Below, one piece after another: positions 8,047 through 17,480 of a DNA stretch of 64,000 bases. The notes under the pieces were generated by a model. The model was not told the DNA's origin, did no database searches, and saw only the letters and a program-made list of their open reading frames with translations. Each line of letters opens with the position of its first letter. Position 1 is the stretch's first letter. A program made the translations under genes and the position numbers. This stretch comes from a virus: the IMG/VR virus record IMGVR_UViG_3300001199_000004; one strand, written 5' to 3'.

Positions 8047-8834
8047 GAACTAAATCCCCTCAAAAACAATCGTCGGGCTCTTTCACCCAATTCCCTATCC
8101 CTAAATTTTACCGCACTCAAATGAATACCACCACCAAACAAACCATCACTAACATTCATGCAATCACAAAGCCCATCCCGTGCCGCAACCACTATCTCAT
8201 CACGAGTCCAACTATACAAATCACAACGAGGATTACGTACCCCATCCCAATGATATAATGCATAAAAGAATTTAATCTCTTCCATTTCATCTGCAAACTC
8301 AACTGGCTCATTATGGAAATACTTCCAAATCGGCCCACGAGATACCAATTCTAAATCACTATCGCCATAACTGCAATAGCTGCCCCCACTTCGATTAGGA
8401 CTCACTCGGTAATGAGGCATTGGTGAACCATCATTCCGCTTTTGTGTCATCCAACCATAATCAATACCCGTTACCACATTGTCGTCAAAATAACCACGAG
8501 GACCAACTACCTTAACCTCATCCCATTCATAAAACTCAGTTTCAGGCAAATCTCGCAATCGCTTATTCTCTGCACCATAAAATGACTTGTTAGACTTCAA
8601 ATGACATGAACTAATCGAAGTTTCCTTGCCATCAGGAAATCGTACTATCGGCCAAGAATGATTCTCATAGATACCAGGAACCCTACCAAAGGAACCTAAA
8701 CGACCATAAGGAATCTCTCCCCAACCAATTATTTCAACTTCCATGCCGTCAGGACCAGGATTATAGCCCCAAGACCGACTTTCCTCACCAATGTTAATTG
8801 TGGCCTTATCGCCAATTTGAATAATGTTTTTCAT
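8031..8834 (-). CDS. Hypothetical protein (start revised to MKNIIQ)
   Basis: Long ORF just downstream of motif copy 13. Confidence 0.75.
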   Translation of the reverse strand: MKNIIQIGDKATINIGEESRSWGYNPGPDGMEVEIIGWGEIPYGRLGSFGRVPGIYENHSWPIVRFPDGKETSISSCHLKSNKSFYGAENKRLRDLPETEFYEWDEVKVVGPRGYFDDNVVTGIDYGWMTQKRNDGSPMPHYRVSPNRSGGSYCSYGDSDLELVSRGPIWKYFHNEPVEFADEMEEIKFFYALYHWDGVRNPRCDLYSWTRDEIVVAARDGLCDCMNVSDGLFGGGIHLSAVKFRDRELGERARRLFLRGFSSCVKR

Positions 8835-8843
8835 ATATCCTCT

Positions 8844-8859
8844 AAGGTACAATCAAATG
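8844..8859 (-). promoter_or_regulatory. Repeated motif, copy 13
   Basis: CATTTGATTGTACCTT; contains the TGA stop of 8853..9473. Confidence 0.75.
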
Positions 8860-9473
8860 AATCCTAACTTCTTCTTCTCTCGTTTGTTCAACTGCTTCTT
8901 CTTACGGTAAATCATTATTGGTTTAGACAAATAAATCGAAACTTCTTCGACATATTCTACCTCATACCAAATACCTTCCTCATTCTTATAAGTCTTTTTA
9001 CCAATCTTCTTAATGGAAGTATCTTCATTTGGCTTAAATTTGGTGCGGGCCTTTTTAACAACCTTCAAAATGCCATCATCCATCACGTAAAATTGAGGAC
9101 GACGACCAAACCGATTAACCTCAACTCCCATCGAATCATAAATCTTATGGTCTTTCTTGAAACATCCAAAAGAAACCATCCACTTAATATGATCCAATAA
9201 ATGCTGATGTTGTAAATTGGAAGAACCAAAATTTACCTTAATGTCCGAATAAACCTTATTCCAAGGTCTACCTACCTGTTTCTCCATCCAACGATACAAA
9301 GGACTAATCAAATCCGTGAATTCCTTGGAACCACGACCCATGCTCATTGGGGATTTTTTAATCGAAAAATCTTCGTGAAGTTCCTTTTCTCCCATTCTCT
9401 TGCCAGAACGATAAACACCACCACCACCCACTCGGGGACGTTCTGTCAATACCTTATCGAAATCTTCTCTCAT
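8853..9473 (-). CDS. Basic hypothetical protein (206 aa)
   Basis: ORF; MREDFDKVLTERPR...QVGRPWNKVYSDI. Confidence 0.75.
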   Translation of the reverse strand: MREDFDKVLTERPRVGGGGVYRSGKRMGEKELHEDFSIKKSPMSMGRGSKEFTDLISPLYRWMEKQVGRPWNKVYSDIKVNFGSSNLQHQHLLDHIKWMVSFGCFKKDHKIYDSMGVEVNRFGRRPQFYVMDDGILKVVKKARTKFKPNEDTSIKKIGKKTYKNEEGIWYEVEYVEEVSIYLSKPIMIYRKKKQLNKREKKKLGFI

Positions 9474-9778
9474 TTTTTATACCAAGGCTTTGCATTAGGA
9501 CTAAAATCATTCGGATTAAGTTCTTCCTCAAACTCTTCCGATACCTTTAACCATAAGGTAGACATATCACTCTCGTTATTCGCACATACAATGCGAGAAC
9601 GATATGTCTCTACCTCACTTAAACACAATGAGACTGGCATCTTACGTAAACCTTCATCGCCCAGTTCAGCGTGTAATCGCTGCATAAGTAACAATAAGCC
9701 CAAACCAGTCAAACCTTCCGAATCCTCAATCGTAAGGATCTTCTCGCCACCATTAAATGATTCAACCACAGTGCCCAT
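9470..9778 (-). CDS. Hypothetical protein (102 aa)
   Basis: AGGAG SD after motif copy 14. Confidence 0.7.
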   Translation of the reverse strand: MGTVVESFNGGEKILTIEDSEGLTGLGLLLLMQRLHAELGDEGLRKMPVSLCLSEVETYRSRIVCANNESDMSTLWLKVSEEFEEELNPNDFSPNAKPWYKK

Positions 9779-9799
9779 TGTTATCTCCTGTTATCCTTT

Positions 9800-9815
9800 A
9801 AGGTACAATTAAATG
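9800..9815 (-). promoter_or_regulatory. Repeated motif, copy 14
   Basis: CATTTAATTGTACCTT-AAAGGAT-AACAGGAGATAACA-ATG. Confidence 0.75.
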
Positions 9816-9883
9816 ATTACTCTTCCAATCCCTCAAAATAACCGTCAACCTACCCACGATATAAGTATGGAATCATAAAGGAC

Positions 9884-10339
9884 TTACGCCGATTTTAACT
9901 CTTTTTGAGCCTTATGCCAGTCTTCCAGCAACCATGCAGGAATTTCCGAAGCAGGAGTGTAATACATATGCTTTGCTACCTCATACTTCATCCAAGGATC
10001 TTCACACATCCCCTTAATCACATCCCAGGAAATATTCTTCCACTCTGGGTTGTCTTCTTCAGAAGCCAATGAATATAAATCGCCAGGAACCCACTTGTTC
10101 TCGTCGTCATAGTCCCCAGTACATACAATCCTATCGCCAGCCCAATGACCTACCATAGAAGAGGAACTTCGCAAATCTCCACCACCACGACCATTACCAG
10201 ATGATAACAACATTGCCAATCCTGTCATCATCCCACATCCATTACTACCAAATTCCTTCAACTTAGCTCCATCTCCAAATGTATGGGGCTTAATATATTC
10301 CTTCTTGTCCAAATTTACTAACTTATAATACTGACCCAT
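9884..10339 (-). CDS. Hypothetical phage protein (151 aa)
   Basis: GGAGG SD; MGQYYKLVNLDKKE...WAGDRIVCTGDY. Confidence 0.8.
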   Translation of the reverse strand: MGQYYKLVNLDKKEYIKPHTFGDGAKLKEFGSNGCGMMTGLAMLLSSGNGRGGGDLRSSSSMVGHWAGDRIVCTGDYDDENKWVPGDLYSLASEEDNPEWKNISWDVIKGMCEDPWMKYEVAKHMYYTPASEIPAWLLEDWHKAQKELKSA

Positions 10340-10422
10340 CCCAAACCTCCAAATTTGAATTGTAACGAATTTCTAAAAAAGATGAATATGATATCAAGTT
10401 TTAATTTAGAACGCTTGTATGA

Positions 10423-10449
10423 CCCCTATAGGAATTTATAGGGGCTTTT
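10423..10449. terminator. Hairpin, possible terminator
   Basis: CCCCTATA-GGAATT-TATAGGGG followed by CTTTT on the plus strand. Confidence 0.45.
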
Positions 10450-10501
10450 ATTATGTTTTTAAATGACTTCAATGGTCAATTTAATTGTTCAACCATTCTC
10501 T

Positions 10502-10517
10502 AAGGTACAATCAAATG
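10502..10517 (-). promoter_or_regulatory. Repeated motif, copy 15
   Basis: CATTTGATTGTACCTT; contains the stop of 10511..11188. Confidence 0.7.
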
Positions 10518-11188
10518 GCTACCGTCAATCCCTCAAGATGCTCCTGGTATCGATCCCAAAGAGTAAAAAAATGCTCCTGAAATTTACTTGTTGTCCATCC
10601 CAAACGTGTCAAACATTCAAAATTATGCTTCAACAAACCTAACTGCTGCACAGTTAAACAATTGAAATCCATAAGCCGCAAATTTGCTGCTATCGTTGCC
10701 GCGAATGATAAATTGTTTTCTAATGTTCCAATAATGTCCGATAAACGTAAAGCCTTACCACCACACAACTTAGCTATCTTTCTGGCTGTTTCCCTTTTAA
10801 GGAACTTGGTCGCATGCATATGGTAATTACCTTTGTTGACGTATCTTCGTTCACCAATGACATGATTATTGAATTTAATTAATTCCAGGTTTTTTTGTGC
10901 TACTACCCACCCTTCATGATTAGGAGCCCAACCAATAATGAAATCACCATCCCCATTCGTGTCATAAGCATAAATAGCCCCTAATGCTTGGGCACTTGAG
11001 GACATTATATCATAAAGATAATCAGTCCTAACATCCTTGAGAATTTCTTTATACTTCTTCTCAGGATGAAAATGAAAAGTATTCCTAAAGGAACTTTTAC
11101 TGAATAAAGCTATTTTTTCCTTGCCACTCATTATCCAGTGGTTGGAATACTCATCCCAGGGAGTTTTGCTTTCACATGTAATTACCAT
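10511..11188 (-). CDS. Hypothetical protein (~225 aa)
   Basis: ATG 8 nt after motif copy 16. Confidence 0.7.
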   Translation of the reverse strand: MVITCESKTPWDEYSNHWIMSGKEKIALFSKSSFRNTFHFHPEKKYKEILKDVRTDYLYDIMSSSAQALGAIYAYDTNGDGDFIIGWAPNHEGWVVAQKNLELIKFNNHVIGERRYVNKGNYHMHATKFLKRETARKIAKLCGGKALRLSDIIGTLENNLSFAATIAANLRLMDFNCLTVQQLGLLKHNFECLTRLGWTTSKFQEHFFTLWDRYQEHLEGLTVAI

Positions 11189-11196
11189 ATGCACCT

Positions 11197-11212
11197 AAGG
11201 TACAATCAAATC
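11197..11212 (-). promoter_or_regulatory. Repeated motif, copy 16
   Basis: GATTTGATTGTACCTT-AGGTGCAT-ATG. Confidence 0.7.
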
Positions 11213-11319
11213 ATTATCAGAATTTATTGGATCTTTGTCCTAAATTTGTCCCAATCTAAACCGTGTTCTTGTCCTAACTCGTTATAAGACAAGTCCTTAG
11301 GTGTTTTTGAAATTCCACT

Positions 11320-11335
11320 AAGGTACAATCAAATG
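11320..11335 (-). promoter_or_regulatory. Repeated motif, copy 17
   Basis: CATTTGATTGTACCTT in the non-coding region; degenerate copies at 11360-11375 (-) and 11407-11422 (+). Confidence 0.65.
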
Positions 11336-11624
11336 ATCCTTTGTGTTTTTTTTATCGTTAATGTACAATGAAATCATTATTTGTAAAGATAAAAATTATT
11401 TTCTACCATTTAAGTGTACCTTAGTGACCAGATGACCTCCATTTTGTTTATTTTATCCATTTTAACATAAAATAAATGATGGGGTTATTTTAGGATTTGT
11501 CCTTAGGGCACTATAAAGATATTTTAAGTCGCTTTTTAGGTCGATTTAGAAGTTTCTTTATAATTGCCTTCACTAATCAAAAAAGGACGTTCACTAAACA
11601 AATAACATAAAAAGATTGGATAAA

Positions 11625-11674
11625 GGGGCAAATTGGGGAAGATTGGGGCGAAATGGGGGCGAAATGGGGGCGGG
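11625..11674 (+). repeat. Phased G-tract repeat
   Basis: G4/G5 runs at 11625, 11635, 11645, 11655 and 11666, then GGG at 11672. Confidence 0.8.
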
Positions 11675-11856
11675 CTAGGCCCTTCACATGTCAAAATTCC
11701 TATTTTGGTCCTATTTAAGTCCTAAGCAATTTTGATTTACCTAAGTCTATATGTCCACGGCACTTACGAAAATTGATTAAAAAGCGGCATTTTAAGTGGT
11801 CCTCAACTGGTGATTTATTGAAATTTTGGGATGGATCTTATTGAGAGTTTGAAAGA

Positions 11857-11867
11857 TGTGGTAGAAT
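11857..11867 (+). promoter_or_regulatory. Possible extended -10 sigma70 promoter for the rightward operon
   Basis: TGTGG-TAGAAT, with TTGAGA at 11841-11846 (15-nt spacer). Confidence 0.35.
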
Positions 11868-11895
11868 GTTCCCTGATTGTATTTTAAAAAATCGG

Positions 11896-11978
11896 TTCAC
11901 AAGCTGGTTTGTTGGTCCTTCACTAACTGGTGGTGGGAAAGGCTTCACAAATGGGGTCTGGTGCTGTTCACTAACTGG
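11896..11978 (+). repeat. Four spaced TTCAC(T/A)A..TGG-like direct repeats
   Basis: TTCAC at 11896, 11919, 11944 and 11967 (23/25/23-nt spacing); TTCACTAA also near 11569 and 11590. Confidence 0.6.
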
Positions 11979-12103
11979 ATTGGTTTATTTTGTTTTTGTG
12001 GAGTTTGTTTGTGGTTTGTTTGTTTTAAGACACAAAAAGCTTTAGAGCTATATCCTTAGGTGTTTTTTGGTTTGGAGCTATATCCTCGGGCTATATTTTC
12101 AAG

Positions 12104-12377
12104 ATGAATGGTCACAAGGCATTAAAACCTGAATTTTTTAATGATGTGTATCGAGGTTGTTATTGTCCTGGCTGGCATTGGGTATTAACTAAAGTATCTG
12201 GTGAGATATATCTTTACATTTATCGTAAGACGGTGATGGAGAGGTAATTATCGGAAGCTTTGTTCTGGGGATATTATTTATGATCAATATTATGGTCCTT
12301 CTCATTGGGCGGTAGTGGCTGGTTATTTAAGTTTATTGCCTGATACTCGCAGTATAGATTCGGAGTGGGAAGTATGA
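12104..12377 (+). pseudogene. Frameshifted paralog of 12809..13138 with C-terminal RSIDSEW
   Basis: One frame gives YCPGWHWVLTKV (cf. YLPGCNWKMTKV); after ~12240 another frame gives SGDIIYDQYYGPSHWAV...TRSIDSEWEV* (cf. SGDIIKNQYFGALHWAV...RTIDSEWDY*). Confidence 0.65.
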
Positions 12378-12533
12378 ATTGGTCAACTAAAATAACGCCT
12401 TTAGGTTTTACGCCGCATAAATTTACGGTAACTGGTTGGCATGAGGAAGAATTGATTTTTTATTTAAGAGCAGAAAGGGCCTGGAACGGTTCGGCAAGCT
12501 GCTGGTGGTCCTTATAAAACCATTAGTGGCGAG

Positions 12534-12812
12534 TTGATTTCTGGTGATTTGGAAATAATAGATGATTATTTTAGTTGGAACGTGATAACTCCTTATTGGC
12601 ATTTATTCTGCAACGGTAGTTGGCAAAAGGATTCTGGCCCAGCAATTGACCACATTTATTCTTCCTATGAGTCAGCATTAGAAGCATTGGAGCGTTCACG
12701 GGAGGCGATTAAGATGATCCCTAATAGATTTCCTGATTACGAGTTTCATTTAGCCTGTGCGAAGTTACCGTTGAATTGTTCTGAGTTTGAGAGTGAGCAT
12801 ATTATTCCATGA
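12534..12812 (+). CDS. Hypothetical protein; may be the 3' part of a frameshifted gene starting at 12374
   Basis: Frame is open upstream to ~12468; the ATG at 12374 overlaps the previous stop in another frame. Confidence 0.5.
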   Translation: MISGDLEIIDDYFSWNVITPYWHLFCNGSWQKDSGPAIDHIYSSYESALEALERSREAIKMIPNRFPDYEFHLACAKLPLNCSEFESEHIIP

Positions 12813-13138
12813 ATCGTGAAGTAGCTGATTTGATAGCATGGCGTGATTCTCAAGGTTTATCATCAAATAACTTATTGGTTGGTAGGCTTTTGAATGACAA
12901 TTTTTATTTACCTGGATGTAACTGGAAAATGACGAAGGTATTGTGTCATCAAGCTACATTTAATATTGTTTTGAAGCATGGAAATAACAATAAAGAGATG
13001 GAGATAGTGGAATACCAGACATTTAATTCTGGCGACATTATTAAAAATCAATATTTTGGTGCATTGCATTGGGCGGTAAAGGGTGGAGTTATTGTGCCTT
13101 ATTTGGAAAGAACAATAGATTCAGAATGGGATTATTAA
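12809..13138 (+). CDS. Hypothetical protein with C-terminal RTIDSEW tag
   Basis: Ends ERTIDSEWDY*. Confidence 0.7.
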   Translation: MNREVADLIAWRDSQGLSSNNLLVGRLLNDNFYLPGCNWKMTKVLCHQATFNIVLKHGNNNKEMEIVEYQTFNSGDIIKNQYFGALHWAVKGGVIVPYLERTIDSEWDY

Positions 13139-13139
13139 A

Positions 13140-13727
13140 ATGGGCATTGTAGAAAAGACTTCTGCATGGTGGTATAGTGTATTGCGGGATGGTTCTAAAC
13201 TAGAGAAGTGGCTTATTCGTTTATATCAGAACGAATTTGATGCTTATTATAGGTTTAATGATTTTGCGAACAAATATTGTGTGTTTGAGGACGAGCATTG
13301 GTATTTGTTTAAGTTTTTAGCAGAGCAAGAACTTAGACATGCTCATATGGTCTTATCATTGATTAAACTTCGGGGAATTAACGATAAATTACCTATTAAT
13401 TTATTTACAGGTAATTCTCCAGAGCGATATTGGGATTGTGTCTTGCCATGTATAGTGGATTTGTCCACTGCTGCTGGTGTGGGAGCCTTGGCAGAGGGAT
13501 TATCCTTAGAGAGAATGCGGGTGATTATATCAGATCCAGACACACCTAAAGACATTCGGGCATTATTTGAGGCAATCGAGCCTGATGAAGGGGTTCATGC
13601 GAAGGTATTGGGGGTATTGGCGGGGCGTCATGGAATATCTTCTGTAATAGATTGTCACAGTGCTGGATTAGAGGCATTAGGATTGAAGTTAAAAGCGGAC
13701 AAGAAAGCGGACATTGTGTCCGAATAG
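13140..13727 (+). CDS. Ferritin-like di-metal carboxylate protein
   Basis: E...ELRH...E...DEGVH: two ExxH motifs in a helical protein. Confidence 0.7.
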   Translation: MGIVEKTSAWWYSVLRDGSKLEKWLIRLYQNEFDAYYRFNDFANKYCVFEDEHWYLFKFLAEQELRHAHMVLSLIKLRGINDKLPINLFTGNSPERYWDCVLPCIVDLSTAAGVGALAEGLSLERMRVIISDPDTPKDIRALFEAIEPDEGVHAKVLGVLAGRHGISSVIDCHSAGLEALGLKLKADKKADIVSE

Positions 13728-13766
13728 TGGTTAATTGGTTTTAATTTGTTTTAATTGGGACATTTA

Positions 13767-14399
13767 ATGAATGCATATCAAGAGAAGTTGGTTCGTGGTT
13801 CTGAGAAGATGGGTACTAAACGTATTGTTTTACGATTGGTATCTTTATGTTTATTTCCTGTATTATTAATTGTGGGTTATTGTTATTCTTTTTCGATGAG
13901 TGTGATGGCTCATGGCTGGTTAGATTTATGGATGGCATTTTATTTATTGGGGAATATTTTGAATGGTGGATATTTAGTATGTTTATCATTATTATGTCGA
14001 TTGGTATTTTGGTTAACGGATAAACTGACTCCGATTTTGAATGAATTTGTAACTACGAGTTATTCAGAGAGTAAGTTAGAGGCTCAAAAGCATATAACGA
14101 AGATACGCTATTATGTGAATGCGATGTTGGTGAAATTTCTTCGGGCGGGTTGTTTGGGTAAGAGTCCTGTATTGTTTTTATTGGACCAGATGAGTTATTT
14201 GTTATTATTTTTGGTATTGGTATCAGTGGGATATGTATGGACTGGAGTATTTTACGGATTATCATGTGGATTATGTTTATTTAGTATATCATCATTTAAG
14301 GGGATGATTTATGCGAATGTGTATCGTTTAGAGGATACCTTGGGTGGAGAAGAGAATTTGGATGATTTATCGGACCAATTATTTCATGGTGGCCGATGA
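13767..14399 (+). CDS. Multi-pass membrane protein
   Basis: About four hydrophobic segments. Confidence 0.65.
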   Translation: MNAYQEKLVRGSEKMGTKRIVLRLVSLCLFPVLLIVGYCYSFSMSVMAHGWLDLWMAFYLLGNILNGGYLVCLSLLCRLVFWLTDKLTPILNEFVTTSYSESKLEAQKHITKIRYYVNAMLVKFLRAGCLGKSPVLFLLDQMSYLLLFLVLVSVGYVWTGVFYGLSCGLCLFSISSFKGMIYANVYRLEDTLGGEENLDDLSDQLFHGGR

Positions 14400-14665
14400 C
14401 GAATTATTCTGATACACGATGTTGGGATTGTGGTAGGGAGACGAGTCATTTGAAGACAGATTTTGGCGAATGGTATATGGTCTGGGATTCTGTATGGCGT
14501 TTGGCTGACGGTAATTCAGTAGATTTTTTATGTATAGGTTGTTTGGAGGCTCGTTTGGGTCGGAAGTTAGTTCCATTGGATTTTAATGATGCTCCATTAA
14601 ATCGTATGAGGGGTTATGGCCGTTCTTTACGGTTACGGTTAAGAACGGGGCTGGATTATGAATAA
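14396..14665 (+). CDS. Small CxxC...CxxC zinc-binding protein
   Basis: CWDC...LCIGCLEARLGRKL. Confidence 0.7.
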   Translation: MTNYSDTRCWDCGRETSHLKTDFGEWYMVWDSVWRLADGNSVDFLCIGCLEARLGRKLVPLDFNDAPLNRMRGYGRSLRLRLRTGLDYE

Positions 14666-14957
14666 GGGCAAACGGGGTCATCACAGGACGACGGACAAGG
14701 TATTGGAGCGGTCGTTATTATGGTTAGAGGGTTTGTCGATAGTATCTAAGGTGGTGATTCATCGGGTGGAGAATTGTCGTCACAAGTATGCTCCTGGTAG
14801 GTTGAGGGTAAGGCGGGTATCTGTTGGTGGATTGATGATCTCTGGTTATATGGGTAGGGGAATAGCGGATATCTTTGTGCATATGTCCTTATCGGACTTA
14901 GATTCATTTAATAAGTTGATGGAGAAGCGGGGCCATGAGACATTATCGGTCGATTGA
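14658..14957 (+). CDS. Basic hypothetical protein (DUF2103-like, tentative)
   Basis: Overlapping ORF; resemblance judged by eye only. Confidence 0.55.
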   Translation: MNKGKRGHHRTTDKVLERSLLWLEGLSIVSKVVIHRVENCRHKYAPGRLRVRRVSVGGLMISGYMGRGIADIFVHMSLSDLDSFNKLMEKRGHETLSVD

Positions 14958-15360
14958 CACTTTCTGGGAGGAAGATGAGGTAATTCATTTGGGAGAGGGA
15001 GAATTGGGTAATTACCGATTAATATTGAATGGGGTGGAGAAATTATTAATTAGTGGAGAGTGTGGTACAGATTTAGTTTTTGGTTATTTATCATCTATTA
15101 ATTTTAGTGGTAAGGTTTCTTTGAGTTATGCGGATTCTGAACATTTGGCATATGACTATGTGTTAAGAGATGGTTTATTGCATAATTTGAATGGTCCTGC
15201 GAAGGTTTGGCATTCTGAGGGAATTAAAGACAGTAAAGGAAGAAGCTATTCTTTTTGTTCATATTATAGGCATGGTAAACCATGGTATTGTATTTTAATC
15301 AAGAACAAACGTTACTATTATGGTCATCACTATAAATTAGTGAATGGTTTAGCGGCATGA
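14935..15360 (+). CDS. RSID-tag family protein 1 (HxxxGPA repeat)
   Basis: YRSIDTFWEEDE; LHNLNGPA; GKPWYC. Confidence 0.8.
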   Translation: MRHYRSIDTFWEEDEVIHLGEGELGNYRLILNGVEKLLISGECGTDLVFGYLSSINFSGKVSLSYADSEHLAYDYVLRDGLLHNLNGPAKVWHSEGIKDSKGRSYSFCSYYRHGKPWYCILIKNKRYYYGHHYKLVNGLAA

Positions 15361-15821
15361 AATATCGTTCTATAGACACGGATTGGGAAGATGATGAAGT
15401 GATTGTTTTTGGCAATCCTGATAATGCCAAAGAGACAATTACTTATATTTTGAGGTTAAATGGTAGTAAACCTAAAAAGTTAATTTGTCATTTTGAGGCA
15501 TTGGGTCCACACTTATTTGATGACACTTTTGATTATGTAGGTTTTTTTGAGTTTAATAGTGCTTCGGCTTATTTTAGGTCCATTAATTTCACAGGTGAAT
15601 ACAGTTTAATTGCTAATTCTAGATATTATGAAGTATTTCACAAAGTAGTAGATGGTCGGCTGCATTGTTTAGATGGTCCTGCGTTGTATTACAGGACGAT
15701 ACATTCTTTAGAAAATACTGATTATGGTTTGGAGGACGAATATGCATTTTATAAAAATGGCAAACCTTGGTATTGTTTGGTGGTCGAAGGGTTGAAGAAG
15801 CATTGGCTCAAAGTATGCTGA
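15357..15821 (+). CDS. RSID-tag family protein 2 (HxxxGPA repeat)
   Basis: YRSIDTDWEDDE; LHCLDGPA; GKPWYC. Confidence 0.8.
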   Translation: MKYRSIDTDWEDDEVIVFGNPDNAKETITYILRLNGSKPKKLICHFEALGPHLFDDTFDYVGFFEFNSASAYFRSINFTGEYSLIANSRYYEVFHKVVDGRLHCLDGPALYYRTIHSLENTDYGLEDEYAFYKNGKPWYCLVVEGLKKHWLKVC

Positions 15822-15842
15822 CACGTATTTTAGAGGCTCATT

Positions 15843-16271
15843 ATGGCCAGCAAATATCGTTCTATAGATGTCCCTTGGGAGCATTCTGAGGTAATTTATA
15901 TTGGTGATGATTCTTCTGATTATTCTATATTTTCATTAGAATTGAATGGAATTAAGAGTGTGGCGATAGTTTATGGGACAAATAATATCCCTGGTTATTT
16001 TGAATCTATTGGGTTTGATGGTGAGCTTTTGGTAAGGGGCAAGGTTAGTTTAAGTGTGTTCAAGTTTAATTCTGGAAGGCTGCATTGTTTAACAGGTCCA
16101 GCGATAGAGCAACAGAGGTTTGGTTATAGTGAATACAGTTGGTACAAACGAGGTAAGCCTTGGTATTGTTTGAAGAATAAAGATGGTAGTCGCTATGGGC
16201 ATTATCATTTAGGTCGTGGAAGGTGGGCATGGTTTGAGGGGGAATTGTGGGATAACACAGATATTTTCTAG
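15843..16271 (+). CDS. RSID-tag family protein 3 (HxxxGPA repeat)
   Basis: YRSIDVPWEHSE; LHCLTGPA; GKPWYC. Confidence 0.8.
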   Translation: MASKYRSIDVPWEHSEVIYIGDDSSDYSIFSLELNGIKSVAIVYGTNNIPGYFESIGFDGELLVRGKVSLSVFKFNSGRLHCLTGPAIEQQRFGYSEYSWYKRGKPWYCLKNKDGSRYGHYHLGRGRWAWFEGELWDNTDIF

Positions 16272-16276
16272 TTCTT

Positions 16277-16516
16277 GTGGAGAGGATGGTATTGATGATA
16301 AAGTATAAGATTAAGCAATTGGTATGGGAGCAGCTTAGTGAGACATGTTGGACGGTGGACACGATATTGGGGAACATTACAGTATCTTGTTCTGATTCAA
16401 CATGGTATTATCACATTAAGGGCAGTGCTGGTTCATGTGTGGATCAGACATCGGCATTTGCTTATGCAACTTCGTGGTATTATGGGAAGCTTAGGGAAGC
16501 ATTGGAAGAAGTATGA
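16277..16516 (+). CDS. Hypothetical protein without the tag
   Basis: Fills the gap in the array; stop overlaps the next ATG. Confidence 0.6.
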   Translation: MERMVLMIKYKIKQLVWEQLSETCWTVDTILGNITVSCSDSTWYYHIKGSAGSCVDQTSAFAYATSWYYGKLREALEEV

Positions 16517-16977
16517 AACACAGGTCAATTGATGCTGGTTGGGACATAGATGAATCAGTTTTTATTTTTGATTTCTGTAGTGAGGGATATTTGTATTTTA
16601 ATGGATTTAAAGTTTATGTTTATGGGGATAGAGGACGGTCATTTAGAGCCAATTTAATTAATAGTGATATTTTAGCATTGGGTTATGGGGATGGTATTTA
16701 TCGTTTTGAATATTTGACCAAAACAGTTGCAAGTAATCGTTATTGGAAAGTTGAATCTGGAAGGGTACAGTTGGGGGCATTTTATTATAATGATGGTTTT
16801 GAACATGGATCTCATTTTTATCATCATTATGTTGATTCTGGTGTGGCTATTATGTTTAAATTTAATAGTCAAGAAATTATTGTCAACAGCGTTGTGCATC
16901 CATTAGATTCTCATTATTATGATATTGTTTCTGCATCTTTTCATGAATTTGTTGGTTATTCGTTGGAGGAAGTGTGA
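16513..16977 (+). CDS. RSID-tag family protein 4
   Basis: HRSIDAGWDIDE; INSDILALGYGDGIYR shared with proteins 5 and 6. Confidence 0.8.
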   Translation: MKHRSIDAGWDIDESVFIFDFCSEGYLYFNGFKVYVYGDRGRSFRANLINSDILALGYGDGIYRFEYLTKTVASNRYWKVESGRVQLGAFYYNDGFEHGSHFYHHYVDSGVAIMFKFNSQEIIVNSVVHPLDSHYYDIVSASFHEFVGYSLEEV

Positions 16978-17480
16978 AATACAGGTCGATTGATGCTTGT
17001 TGGGGTTTGGATGAGACTATTAATCTTTCTAATGGTTTTTGTGGCAATGGATATTTGTACATTAATGGTCTTAAGATAAAAATTTGTGGTGAGAAGAAGG
17101 GGATCAGAATATTTTTAATAAATGCAGATATTTTGTCATTAGGTTTTGGTGACGGGGTATATCGGTATCATACAGATTGGAATTCTGGTGGTTATTATTG
17201 GAAGGTTGTAGATGGCAAGGTATGTTACTCTGGTTGTTTAGTGAAAGATGAAGTTCTTAATCATTTTGTGGCGATGTTTGAAGGTGGAAAGTACAATGTG
17301 ATGTTAGATTTTACGGAGAGGAATAGACTGGGGTTGATAAACAATAAGGAGTTAGTTCCATTACAATTGTTGTTTTTTGGAACTAATGAATATACTAGAT
17401 ATTATTCGATTGTAAGTTCAGTTTTTCGTGAATTTTTTGGCTATTCAATAGAAGAAGAGTATGTATCAAACCCTTCGTAG
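16974..17480 (+). CDS. RSID-tag family protein 5
   Basis: YRSIDACWGLDE; INADILSLGFGDGVYR. Confidence 0.8.
   Translation: MKYRSIDACWGLDETINLSNGFCGNGYLYINGLKIKICGEKKGIRIFLINADILSLGFGDGVYRYHTDWNSGGYYWKVVDGKVCYSGCLVKDEVLNHFVAMFEGGKYNVMLDFTERNRLGLINNKELVPLQLLFFGTNEYTRYYSIVSSVFREFFGYSIEEEYVSNPS

Larger units (their letters stand above)
11213..12103. other. Large non-coding divergence region; candidate replication origin or control region
   Basis: Gene orientation and strand skew both flip here; contains short direct repeats, phased G-tracts and motif copies. Confidence 0.5.

Noticed and set aside
11877-12059. 60-aa ORF in the divergence region
   Set aside because: TTG start, low-complexity G/T-rich sequence overlapping the direct repeats; probably non-coding
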